A model generated the notes under the pieces. It searched no databases. It saw only the letters and a list, made by a program, of their open reading frames with translations, and had not been told where the DNA came from. Positions 23,663 to 36,400 of a DNA stretch of 64,000 nt are shown here, in pieces. Origin of the DNA: Paraspadella gotoi (taxonomy: Eukaryota > Animalia > Chaetognatha); the NCBI GenBank assembly GCA_051294375.1, contig CM119266.1, forward strand, positions 2,037,380 through 2,101,379, in the 5' to 3' direction. The position numbers were made by a program, and so were the translations under genes. Each line of letters starts with the position of its first letter. The stretch's first letter is position 1.

Positions 23663-26600
23663 AGATTTACTTATTTATTTAATGAATTATTTATTCATTT
23701 ATTTATTCTTTGACTTGGATGTTTTACTTATTAATAAATTCAAACTGTTCTATTCATTCGATTATTTGATTGATAAAAGAGTTTGTTTCGTTCATTCGTT
23801 TATTCATTCATTCATTCATTCATTCATTCATTCATTCATTCATTCATTCATTCATTCATTCATTCATTCATTCATTCATTCATTCATTCAAGGTTTCAAA
23901 TGTTGTTTATTTATCGAAGTTAAAAACAGGCGAGGATTTAAAAGCATTTCCAAATTGTTTGTAAACAATCCAAATAAACAATACAATTTTGGCTAAAAGG
24001 TAAATAAACGGTCTTAAAACCATTTCGACCTCGTAATCTTTGAGGCAACTGAAGAATTTACAAAATTCCAAATCAAATGAAATCAAATCAAATTGCGAAT
24101 TTGGGAAACTTGAACAAAGATATTATGGCAACAGCCGGGTTGCCTGTGATGCACATTGGGATGGGGATCTCACTGTTGGCTTTGGGGGCTTCCGACCCTC
24201 AGTGACGCCTCCAGTCACTGGCGAGGTTACCCTAGGAGCGGTCTCGCTTTGCCAACGCAGAGGGAAGTCGTTAGGACTGTGGATGGAACACTACGCCTGG
24301 GATGGTGTGTTCCCCCTCTGAGCCAATGATTTGGCTGAAGGATGGTGGACGTGAGGCGGGTGTAATATACCGCCACAATATTTTATTCCCAGTCACCGGA
24401 CGTTGAGCCGTCTTCCCCTACGGCGACGCTCGCCACCGCCGAGACAAATTATTTCCATAATAATCCATTTTTTAATCAACTCATTCATTTTTTTATTCTT
24501 TCCTCATTCATTCTTCTCCTCCCCTTTCGATGGTTTCTTCAACAATGAACGATTCATCTCCGCCGAAGGTTTTGGCCAAGACGACGGACGTTCCCCTCGT
24601 CAGCCTCGTCGTCGACGGCGGCGTCGGAACTCTGAAGGCGATCCATCGAAATCTCGGCGACGGCGTCGTCAACGTCGTCGTCAAGGGAACGGGAGGCGTG
24701 GCCGACGCCATCTTTGATTTCGTGGAGAGGAAGAGGAGAGGAGAGGAGGAGGAGAAGGAGGAGATCGTGTTGAAGGGACGAGGTGTTTCGGGTGAGGAGG
24801 GGGTTGAAGTGGAGTTGGGCGGAGGGGGGGAAGGGAAATTAGGGGATTTAGATTGGGGACTCGGATTTGTATGAAGATTTAATTTTTTATTTTGAATTTG
24901 ATTTAGGTTTTAAGATTTTGCTTAGGATTTACAAATTTATTCACCCAGGAATCGAGATGCACGTTTAAGTTTAGATTTAAGATTTATATTATTAATATTG
25001 TGATTTGAATTAAAGATTAGGATTTAGATTATGATTGATATTTAAAATCAAAAACAGATTTAGAATTCTTATTAAGACTGCAGCGATGGTCAGTTATTTC
25101 TACATCAATCAACCGCCCTTCCCCCCATAACCAAAAAAACCCAAGCGTCGGCCACGGCCTGCTTCTACTCCGTCGCCTTGAAGGCCGACAACCTCCACTT
25201 CCTCCGCCTCCTCGAGACCGACGGAGCCGAGGGGGCCGGCGTGGTGCTGGACGCCGCCCTGGCGACGCAGAGCCGCAATCCGGTCAAGATGCTGGAATTG
25301 GCGCTCAAGTTCGATCGACTCAACGCCGTCTCGCGTCAAACGATGGCGCTCTGTCGCGTGCCTCACGTCAAACGTCTGGCGTTCGAAGCGCTGATGAAAC
25401 AAAAGTTTAGCTTCTTCACTTCCGTCACGAATCCGTGGCAGACGAGGTAATTTAATTATATTACTACTTATTTACGCCTTCCAGTATTTAATGGTAGTCT
25501 TCGCAGGATTATTATATCTGAAAATGGTGAAACTTTAAATTGATATCATTGATATCAACCTTTAAGAAAGTTAATTTTTATTCGATAGAAAAGCTACTAA
25601 TATTAAATTTTTGACTTGTTGTTAAATACTGAAACGTTGCATAAATGTTTTAGCCAAGAATTTAAAATAAATAATATGCATAGATTACAACTAATATAAT
25701 ATCATCTCACGCCAGACATTTTGTGGACGCCCGCAAGTTCGTCCGCCTGTTCACGAGCCTTTCCAAGTTCTCAGACGCCGCCGCCGGCGCCCGCTCTTTG
25801 CTGTTGGAGGCGGGTTGCGGCAAGAAGATGTCGCCGACGCCACCGGCCGACGCGTCGGAGATCGAGCGAGTCGTCCACACGCAAAACCTGATTAAGGGGA
25901 GCAGTGAATAATACTTACTTACTTGGTATAGTTACAATATAATTAAACCGATGAAGCTAACTATAAAAAAGAATAAAATTTATAAGTATTTTTAAAACTG
26001 TTTAAAAGTAATTACTTTGCGGAATGCCGTTTTGTTAAAGATAATAATAATGATAATAATTTAAATACGTCTAAAAAGCAATCTAATCTAACCTTTATAC
26101 AACCTTTACATTAAAACATATCGTCCATTTTCACTATGACGGTAATATTTCTTTAACATAACTTTGAGTCTAGCCTGTTATAGTATCATTTTGTCACTAA
26201 AAGTGTAATCTTCTTAATTAAAAAAAGCGAAGAAGAATTAAAAAAAAACTTTTCCTTCCCCTTAAAACAAAACCAGATCTACGTGGGCGACTTTTACGAG
26301 CACCAGTTGAAGAGCGCCCCCCCTCGACCGGAATCGTCCGTCGACGCCGCCGGGCTGACCTTCAATTCGGTGGAGGATCTCTTCCTCTGGGCGCTCCTTG
26401 TCTGCAACAAGACCTTCATGCTGCACTTCATCCGGATGACCTCCTTCCCCATGACGGCGTCCTTGGTGGCCTTCTCCACGCTGCGTCGATTCAAGGCCGC
26501 CGATCCTTCCTCGCGAATGGCCTCCGTTTTTGAAAAAGACGCCGTATTTTTTGAGAGGTTGGGCTGCGACATTCTGACGGCGTGTTTTGAGAGGTAATGT

Positions 26601-29600
26601 GGGGAAGAAGAAGAAGAAAAAAAAGCAGAGGAGACTAAGACAGAAAAAAAGAGACTCAAGGAAATAAGGAATGAATTGAAAAAAGAGAGACAGAAACGGC
26701 ATTAATGAATGAATGAATGAATGAATCCTACCATGCCCTACCCTTCTTCCCTAGATGCCCCGTCCGAACCTCCTTCCTTCTCCTCCAAGAGGTTCCTTCC
26801 TTCGGTCGCTGCACCCTCCTGCAGCTGGCGCTGCATTCCGACAGCCTTGAGTTCCTCAGCCATCCCGCTTGTCAACAACTGCTTGACTCCGTTTGGTTCC
26901 AAGGGGTGTCGCCGCGCAACGGGTTCCTTACCCTCAACCTGACCCTGTTCCTACCGCGTTTCCTGGCGCTGCGGCTGGTCGAGTTTCAGTCCAAATCCCC
27001 GCATCGAGACTTCGAGCATCTGCTGCTGAAGAACAACGAAAAGGGAGAAGAAGACTCCAATTATTGGCTCTGCAAGAAACTGCGCAATCTCGACAAGGTA
27101 GGTTGTCGTTGGTGTCGTGATTGTTGTTTTAGAATTTATATTCGTAATATCTAGTTATCTTACGGCATCGGTGTTTTTCGCTTTGACTTTTGTTTGGCCT
27201 TTGTTTTCCGTTTCACTCACCAGGTGGGCATTGATGTGGGCGTCGCGGACGCTTCCCTGCCTAAAAACAAATGGCGTTTCTACCAGAATTCGCCCTACGT
27301 CAAGTTTCAGAATCAGCTTTTCCTCTACATGGTTTGTCTGTCCATCTGGATCGTCAAGTTCGTCTACACGGACGAAATATTTCGGATCAACTTTCCTGAA
27401 TGCAACGGGACAGCCTCTGGCACGGACTCGGTTCGTACGAGCAGTATAAATGGGTTTTTAGGAATTAGTGAGAGATGTACGGTTTGTCTAACACATTCGT
27501 TCGTCTGTTTGATCTTTTTTATCGTTAATAATCAATACTAATCGGCTTTCTTATTACTTTTAACTATTATTTGACTTTTACTAATTGAATTCAATTCTTA
27601 CTCCCCTTTCCTCCCTTTTCTTTCTCACCTCCAGGTCAACCTTCTCTACGTGATGTTCCGCTCCGACTGCTCCCTCTCCTCCTCCTCTTCCCGCATCTTC
27701 GTCCTCCTCTTCCTCCTCTTCATCACCTTCGTCTATTTCCTCTTCTTCTTCTCCTTCATCGCCAACGAGCTGCTGCAGATCTGCATGGACGGGCTGCTGA
27801 CGCACCTGCGGACGAGCCTTTGGAACGTGGTGGGTTTTTCGTACTTGGGGAAGGATGTCGGCGTGGGTTGTCCGGATGTTTGAAGGAAGTATTGGGGGGG
27901 GACTGAATTTACATTTAATATAAAAATAAAAGAAGCATAATCAAATAGTGAAATAGATTGCTTGTTTTTTTTCCATTTTAACTCATTTCCACTTGGACGA
28001 TTCCATCGAAACTTTATTTCCTGCTCAATCACACACTTTCCTACCCACACACAAAATTTCATTCAAATCCATCCATCAAATCACGAGTAATTGGTGTTTT
28101 TTGCTAAAGTGGGACGAACTGACAGACAGACAGACGGACGGACATCATTTTTGTGCATAATTCGCTGTTCTGACATGATATAAGTGAATGCCCGACAAGA
28201 TTGGGGGGGGCGGACCGACGGACCGACAAAGTGAATTATGGTGCCGGAATCTGCTGTTTACAAGCAGATCCGGCTAAAAACATTCAGATATTTGTCCCCC
28301 AAAAAATTAATGGATCGCAAAAGAGCAATATATTCCAATTTCCATTCCCCATATTGCAGGTGGATTTTGCGATTATCGTTGCCTTCATCTTCGGCAATGT
28401 CTGCGCTTATCTCTTCGACGAGTCGACGGCGCAAATCATCATCGAATGTTCCTTCATCGTTTGCTTCGTCTTGCTGTCGTCGAGGATTCTGCAGATGTAT
28501 GGCGCCTTTCCAAATCTCGGTACCAAAGTCTCCATCATGAAGGTGGAGTTGGGGTCGGCCGGTTAATTGATCGATTGATTGCTTTATTTATTGATTGATA
28601 GATTGATAGATTGATTGTTAAATTGAAAGGAAAGATGGTTTTATTGAATGTTTAAGACGCCTTAAGACGCCTCAAGAGTAATATAACTATTAACTAATCA
28701 TCACCCACTCTCTCCCCAAAACCACCAACCCCCTCGCCATCTCCACCCACCCCGTCCACCCCGTCCACCCTCTAGGCGATGATCAATGACCTCTGGGTCT
28801 TCCTCTCCATTCTCATCGTCTTCGCCATCCCCTACGGCGTCGCCTGCTTCGCTCTGATAGAGACAGAGTGGCGCGACACCGTTGACGGCGCCTGGGAGGA
28901 TTTCTTCTATCAACATCTCAACGTTTTCGTCAGACCCTACAAGAATCTCTTCAACAAGGAGGTCTTCAACGACAAGACCGTCTTCCCGCCCGGAACCTCA
29001 AGGTTTAGGAGGGAGATTCTCTTTCCTGGACTCCAGGTTTGTTTTGGGGAAGGGGGGGGAAGGGATTTCGGGGGGGGGGGAGAGATTAAAAGATGGAGAG
29101 GGGAAACAATTGAATGAGTATTTTGTGCCACACTTTATACTTTCTTTCTTTATTTCATTAATTCAATAATTTTCTTTTAATCAGTATTTATGGTCATTGA
29201 AAAATTTTCTTTAATGATTGGTTGATTGATTGATTGAATAAACCCCCCCCCTTTCCTTCCACAGGCCTTCTACGTCGTCATCGCCAACCTTCTTCTCATG
29301 AAAATCCTAATCGCGATGCTTAACTTTACCTTCAAAGAAGTTCAAGAGAAATCGCGCAAGATTTGGTGCTTCAACCGACACGAGTTCATTTTCGAGTATT
29401 ACCACGCCTCCATGTTCTTTCAGTTGGACACTTTCGTCCGGTGGGCGCGGAGACGGTTCGCCAAGGCGGTGGCTTCGAGGGGAAGGTGATAAGAGGGTAG
29501 AGGGGGTGGCTACTGGTGGATAGAGGGGGTGGTTAGGTTTTTGTTGGGGGGGCGGTATAAAAATCCAAATCTTTCTATTCTCCCAGAGTGACGGACGTGA

Positions 29601-29764
29601 GGGTGAAAGACTTTCACTCCTTCAAAATCGTCTTTTCCGACTTCGACGATTTAGGATCTGATCACAATTGGGGATCGAGATATCAGAAGACGTTGAAAAA
29701 GTGGAGCAAATTGATAAGGAAAAAGTTTTTCGATCGAGATGGCGTTGGAGAAAGATCGAAATGA
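19782..29764 (+). CDS. TRPM-family cation channel (MHR1-4/SLOG, S1-S6, TRP helix, short C-tail). Approximate exons: 19782-19817, 20607-20741 (alternative ends 20754/20829), 21098 or 21294-21471, 21673-21789, 21909-22048, 22123-22322, 23381-23620, 24569-24782, 25146-25446, 25716-25896, 26277-26593, 26755-27097, 27224-27481, 27635-27829, 28360-28542, 28776-29036, 29265-29485, 29587-29764
   Basis: Motifs in order: FRRRECVVF, RCCCGR, PTNAFGSLQF, YIRL...WGLKPPSLVLSI, WILTSG, LIGTAPWG...FFLVDDGT, VPLVSLVVDGG...KGTGGVAD, LFLWALL, TLLQLA...FLSHPACQQLLDSVW, FYQNSPYVKF, NELLQ, WNVVDF, RILQMY...LGTKV, IANLLLMKILIAMLNFTF, IWCFNRHEFIFEY. Phases match except one donor (25897). First exon and exon 2/3 boundaries are uncertain. 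Confidence 0.92.
19995..20190 (-). mobile_element. tRNA-derived SINE-like element in TRPM intron 1
   Basis: Minus strand reads TGGACAATGG (A-box-like) then GGGTTCAACCCC (B-box-like), followed by a GC-rich body ending GTTGCCATA. Confidence 0.45.
20350..20600 (+). repeat. C-rich tandem repeat of about 37 bp (CATCCACTACATCAACTTTAATCCACCACATCATTTT) decaying into the acceptor of TRPM exon 2
   Basis: About 2.5 near-perfect copies followed by degenerate copies. Confidence 0.8.
22323..23260 (+). repeat. Intronic minisatellite: 20 nt subunits starting (G/A)TGAGTGATT, arranged as an 80 nt higher-order repeat
   Basis: gtgagtgatttgaggtcgtg-gtgagtgattttaagttggg-gtgagtgattggaggttggg-atgagtgattcaaagtcggg repeated; begins exactly at the exon 6 donor. 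Confidence 0.95.
23790..23890 (+). repeat. (ATTC)n microsatellite
   Basis: Perfect tetranucleotide run. Confidence 0.95.
24125..24360. other. GC-rich, highly self-complementary island in TRPM intron 7 (structured RNA or retroposon fragment)
   Basis: Nested stems ggcaac/gttgcc, gttggc/gccaac, cagtgac/gtcactg, gcgag/ctcgc, cagaggg/ccctctg, ggaaca/tgttcc, agccaa/ttggct. Confidence 0.55.
27905..28277 (-). mobile_element. HINE/DINE-1-like element, 3'-truncated copy in TRPM intron 14
   Basis: Reverse complement of the 6902-7437 portion, including the subTIR (GCAGATCCGGCTAA at 28264-28277 on +) and the GTCY microsatellite. Confidence 0.8.
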
Positions 29765-30445
29765 ATTTAGAGAGTTTTTGGTTTTTGGTTCACTTTTTTA
29801 CTTGCTATGCCTATTTATTTGTTTAATTTATAATGGAATTAATGCGTTGTGTGTAAGGAACAATACAATTAATCAGGCCTCAATGTTAAAAAACCGGCGA
29901 GCTTTCGTTGTTTTGTACTACAGCAATTTTCATGTATTTTGTATTCAAATCGTAGAAATAAAATGTTCCAGATTGCTAATTTAATATTTTATATTTTAAT
30001 ATAAATTGTACGGCTTTCTTACTGTATTTCTAAAAGTTTTTGCTAGTTACGTGATGTGTTGCCGAAGCTATGAATTACTAGTACTGTTTGCCTTTTATGT
30101 TGTTACGCTTGCTCAATGATGAACATTTCTAATACTGACATTTAAAAATGAGGAAACCCAACGTTTTCCTCATCGCATTTATAAAATCTAAATCTTACTA
30201 ATCTAATCTTACTAAAATCTTAATTTAAACTTTCATTGTTATTTGATAAAATCCTTGTCGTCTTTGTAACTTTGTATGATTGTAATATTTCGCTTATCTT
30301 TTTTCACCGTCTTTATATACAATAAATATGAACAAGTTTTTCTTCTTGGTTTTTATTCTTGAAACATCGGTTTTTGATGGTTCAATGATTGAAACTTTGA
30401 GATAAAGGGCAAAGCACTTCGGACCCGGAAAGCTTTCTGGACAAT

Positions 30446-30500
<55 letters not shown>

Positions 30501-32629
30501 CTCTCTCTCGCTCACTCTCCCGTCCGCTGTCAAGCTGTCAGCAAAGACGCCAACGACGACGACGACAACGACGACGCCCAACGGCTCCTTTTGACCCCAG
30601 CCACCGAATCTGACCCCAACAGTCGTTCAGGTAATTGATTACCTGACCGCCGCTCAATTTAGACCAAGAAGGAAAGAAAAGGGAGGAACGGAGGAAAAGG
30701 AAAGGGAGAAAGGATCAGAAGCAACTGAGTGACGGCCGACCCAAGAGAGAAAATAATGGTAAATGAGAAGGAAAGTTTGGCGGAAGAAGAAAAGGAGAAA
30801 AAAAAAGAAAAGAATAAAAGGAGATAAGGTAGTAGAGGTGAAATGAGGGGAAAGGAATGAGTAGGAAAGCAGGAGAGAAGAAAGAAGGATCTAGGAATAT
30901 GGAAGAATAAAATTAGAAAGAAAAGTGGAAAAAAAGAAAAGAATAAAAGGAGATAAGGAAGGAGAGGTGAAATGAGGGTAAAGGAATGAGTAGGAAAGCA
31001 GGAGTGAAGAAAGAAGGATCTAAGAAGATGTAAGAATAAAATTAGAAAGAAAGAAACCAATTAAGTTTTACTACTTGGTGACATAATTGATATCAGGTAA
31101 AAAACAATAAACACGAAGTGGAAAAGAACTGAAAATGAAGCTAAATGGAACAGATAATTGAAACAAATGGAACAAGAAAATGGAACCAAAACGATGAATT
31201 ATCGACTTTTTTCTTCAGCTCGAATCGAACTCTGCGAACCGAAACGAAGTGGTCAGATTTTCGCCAGAGTGGAAAGCTTGGATGTGAGAGTGACCTTAAA
31301 GTGATCAAGGGATATACTTAGAGAAAAAGAATAATGAATTATGTAAATCATGCCATATCCTCTCGCATTTTGTTATTATTGTTTTTATTAATATGATTAT
31401 CATCAATACTATGGATTAATACTTTATATGTGGTATGTTGAAAGAAGCTAATGAAACCACTCACTTCTCAAAGAAAAAAAACTCATCAAGCTTTCATAAA
31501 TAAATAAATAATTTCTCTGGCCTTGAACTTAATAAAACTCAGCACTGTACCCCAAATAGATGTTTCTTTTTTTTTACTCCAGGATTGATGATTCATTTTA
31601 ATCCAGAGCAGCATCCGAACTCTTCTTTTTGATTAACAATTAATTTTCAGAGGAAAATATGTTTCTTGGACTGGGGAATCTACATCGTTTGACTCGAGAA
31701 GGAAATTGGACTCTTGTGGTAAAGATAAAGTGTTGGAAAGTCGGCAAATGGGGATATCAAGACAGCAAGGATGACCCTAAAAAGGGAGAGTGGTGCTTCA
31801 CGATTTATGACGATTTTAAGGGTAGAGATTGAGCAAATGATGATGATGATGATGATGATGATGATGCAAATTAGATACATTGTGGGGAAGAAACCATTCA
31901 CCATTCACCATTCACCATTCAACCATTCTCATTGAACATCGAAGTCGGTCAAATATCAAAAACTCACTTGGTTTTTTTTTTCATAACTTCATCTTCTCTT
32001 TAGTTTTCTTTTTTTTTTTCTTAATCTTTCAAGTTCCTCTCCTCTACTTACGTTCTTCTCTCTATCAAGGTGAAAGACGAAGATAGCAATGATCAGGTGA
32101 TTTGTGATCGCGTCCGATCGGGCATTCGAGGAAATCTCTTCTGTGAATCCGTGGAAGTTTCCATGGCGATTTACCGAGTGAAGTGAAAGCGTTCCTGACA
32201 AAACAATGAGATGAATCAATTTGAAGGGAAAAAAAATTCTCTTAAAACCCGTTTTTTTTTTGTTTTTTTTTTGTTTTTTTTTGTTTTGTTTTTTGTTTTG
32301 TTTTTTTTTGTGAGACAGGATCGAGAGAAATGATTTTTCGCGGATCTCTAGCGATCGTCAACCTAATTTTTACGGGCCGTGCGTTAGAGCCTTTGAGATC
32401 TCATCATCCGTCTCCTCTTAACTGGGGCGGTTAAAAGAAGATGTGTACTATCGTGGAGCGCATGGGGGGCGTGGCCACGTTCTCTCCTTTCCCCCTTGGA
32501 AATTCCGTTGCATAGTTTTAAGAATCAAGACTTGATGAGAGTGGGAAGAGATTGTGGGATAAAACTGGGCAGTGGGCACTGCTCGATGCAAGGCGACGAA
32601 ATGGTTTGAAAGCCATGTTAGGTTATGAG

Positions 32630-32970
32630 AGAAAAGAGATGAAAAAGATTAAAAAGATTAAAGAGATTAAAGAGACGAAAGAGATTAAAAAGATTAAAGA
32701 GATTAAAAAAGATTAAAGAGATTAAAGAGATTAAAAAGATTACAGAGATGAAATAGATTAAAGAGATTAAAGAGATAAAAGAGATTAAAGAGACGAAAGA
32801 GATTAAAAAAGATTAAAGAAGATTAAAGAGATTAAAAGATTAAAGAGATGAAATAAGATTTAAAGAGATGAAAGAGATAGAAAGAGATGAAAGAGAATGA
32901 AAGAGATGAAAGATATTAAAGAGATTAAAGAGACGAAAGAGATTAAAAAAGATTAAAGAGATTAAAAGGA
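32630..32970 (+). repeat. Purine-rich satellite of about 9 bp (AAAGAGATT)n
   Basis: Dozens of degenerate copies visible. Confidence 0.9.
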
Positions 32971-33460
32971 TGATGCCCACATTCATAGATTGAAAGAATT
33001 TTTTCAATGTAAATCGAATTGACCTCTCGCTGACCCCATGGATATCGAAAGAATAGCCAGAAGTGAGGAAATCTTAACACAATTTATTGTCGAGAGAAAA
33101 TAACATATAGAAACCGCGAATGATATTATTTGTCGTCGGCTTGACATTTGGTTACAATAAATGTCGGGTAATGAAATATGAATAAACACCTGCGCGAATC
33201 GCGAAGTCGGGCTCATTTAGACGATGGAAAAACGTCAGCGATTTGAAACCGATTGAAAAAAATGACAACAACAACGAAATAAACTTATTTTTATTGTTTT
33301 TAATTTACTTTTTTCTCGCCAAGAGTTCAAGTTTACCGAATACATCCGTTGCATCAGGAAAAGCGGGATTACTTTTTCGTACATACATACAATCATACAT
33401 TCTTGGACGAAGTTGAGGGAAGAAGTATTTATTCATCCTTGTATCAGAGCAACTACTTAA

Positions 33461-36400
33461 GACGCAATGCAAGCTAAAAGCTGAAAGAGAGTTCCACCGA
33501 GCCGAAAAAAATATTATTGATTTCAGCCCATCTGAATATTTTTTTTTATTCTCTGAGTCTTTACAGAAGTTATCCTAAAAAATCTATGCAAAATTGTTAC
33601 AGGCTATCGAGATACAGTCAAATACAGTGAATAATTTAAAAATCCATTACCCATAAATTTATTGGAACTAAACTTTGCCATTGCGTAAAAAGTCATTTCG
33701 ATCAATTTTTGTCGATTTCTGAATTTCTGGCTGCGATTCTGTTTTCACATTTATCTTTTTTTCATTTTGACAAGGTACTTTTTTTTCAAATTCATTTTTT
33801 TTGTAAAAAAAAATAATTCTTTCTTAATAACCTTTTGAATCATAATAACCACATATAGTTATAAGCGTTTTTAAACCTGAAAGAAAAAATTATATATTTT
33901 GTATATTTTTTTAAAGATTATTTCTTTTACTGCAATATGCAAATGAGATTATTGCATTTTTAGCTTTTTATAACGGAGCATTTAGAAAACTTTTAAGTAA
34001 TCTAACGCATCATCTTTAATGGAATATAAAAATATATTTGAAAACTTTTAGGGTAACAATTAGATGAATTTAAACTTATGAATATAAAAATAATTCATCA
34101 ATGAGTATCCATCAATCCATCAATCCCAAAAAGTTAATTATTATAAAGCTTTAAAAAAAAGAAAAACAAGAAAAAGACTCAAAAGGTCACACATTTGGAT
34201 GTCACTGTGTAAGGTTGAAATTAATTAAAAGAAAAGGAGAGAGAGAAAGAGATTGAATGATAGAAAGAATCTTTGGCAGAAATACAAGTAATGAACATAA
34301 TTAAATCTAATTAAAAAGATGGAAAATCAAAGCCAAAGAATGAATAGTCTCGTAATCCAATTAGGAAAAAATCCTGTACTAATTTAAAAGCTTTCAGCAT
34401 AACCAATCAATCAATTAAAAATAATCAATCAATCTCTCTCTCTCTCTCTTTCTCTCTTCATCTCTCTCTTTTTGTTTGTAACTTTTTATTATCTCTCTCT
34501 CTCTTTCTTTCTTGTAGGTACACATTTATAATGTTCATCTTATTAACAATTATTAGTTGGATCTGCTTTCAGCAGATCCCGACTCTATAATTCACTTTGT
34601 CAGTCCGTTGGTCCGTCCCCTCAATATTGTCGGGCACTCACTTATATCATGTCAGAACATTGAATTATGAGGAATTATGCAAAAAAAAACGATGTCCGTC
34701 CCGCATCGCGTCCGTCCGTCCTACCTTTAGCAAAAAAACACCAATTACTCGTGATTGATGGATGGATTGGAATGAAATTTTGTGTGTGGGTAGGAAGGTG
34801 TGTGATTGAGCTGGATATAAAGTTTTCTCTCAATCGTCCTCTGATTGATTGATTGATTGATTGAATGACCAAATTATGCAATTGACAGAAATATGCAGTT
34901 GACCAAATTCTGCAAGTTGAACCAAATTATGCCAGTTTGACTAAATTCTGCAAGTTGACCAAATTATGCTAGTTGATAAAATTATGCCAGTTGACCAACA
35001 TTATGCCAGTGGATAAAATTATGCCAGTTGACCAAATTATGCCGGTTGACCAAATCATTATAATTGCACCATTAGTCATTGACAAGATAATGTCAGTTTG
35101 ACCAAATATTATGTCAAATGTTATACCAAATTATATCTGTGACCAATTAAGTCAAGTTGACCAAATTATGTCAGTTGACCAATTATATCAGTTAAAACAA
35201 ATAAAGTCACTTGACCAAATTATGTCAGTTGACCAAATTATGTCAGTTAACCAAATTAAGTCAGTTGGCCAAATTATGCCAGTTTGACCAAATTATGCGA
35301 ACTTAATTATCGTAGCAGATTCCGGCATTGTTTGCTCAAACTTGTTAATGAAAAGACATCATTAAAGAAGTCAGTCTGTATAAGAAAAATATTTAAAAAA
35401 ATTGGTTTGACCAATGATTATGATAATTATATTTTTGCATAAAAAATGAAAATTTAAAAAAAATGAAAAACATCAGATTTGGCCCAAAATAAATTATCTC
35501 CAATCTGATGTTTTTAAGAAATACAAAATGTTTGCTCGGTTTTCTTTATTCTTAATTATGAACAGAAAAAAAATTTATGTTTTTTTTCAACTAAAAAATT
35601 GCAGTTATTTTAATAAATAAAAATGCCCTGCTCTTCAAAGTTGTACGTATTTTGTTCCAAATTAATCATGGATTATCATAAAAGATATAGATTTATGGCT
35701 ACTACCCTCCAAATCCATGGGTCTTCTTGTACAAAAGACATCAGGGCAAAAAAAATCAGGCTTATATGAAAAAATAGATAAAAAAAATTGATTTGACCAA
35801 GGCTCATTCATTAATTATGTTTTTGCATAAAAAATAAAAATATCAAAAAAAAAAAAACATCAGATTTTGCGCAAAAGTTGACTTACCTCCAATCTGATGT
35901 TTTAGAAATGCAAAATGTTTACGCGTTTTCTTTAATTATAATTATGAACGCAAAAAATAACTTTTTTCGAAAAACTGGAAATTCAATTTTTTTATTAAAG
36001 AAAAATGTCCTGTCATCAAAGTTGTGCATATTTTTTATTCAAATTTATCCATGAATGATCACAACAACATAGATTTACCGCTACTACCCCTCCATTTTCG
36101 TTTTTTTTCTTCATAACAAAGACATCAGTGCCCCAAAAAAGTAAAATATTGACAAAAAGTAAAAAATCTGTTTGTCAGTCCAAATTTCTGATATATTAAT
36201 TGATTATGAACAAGCCCTGAGTTCAAAATTGTCGCAAAAAATATGTAGAGGTAAGGGCTTGTCTCTCTAACAGAATATGTAATTAAAAAATCCTTTTTTA
36301 AACGCATTTTTGTGACAGTACCATAATTTCGAAAACACTATAGTAAAAAAATTTGTCACACTTTTTTTTTTTCATATTTTTTTATTTTGTCAACGATTGG

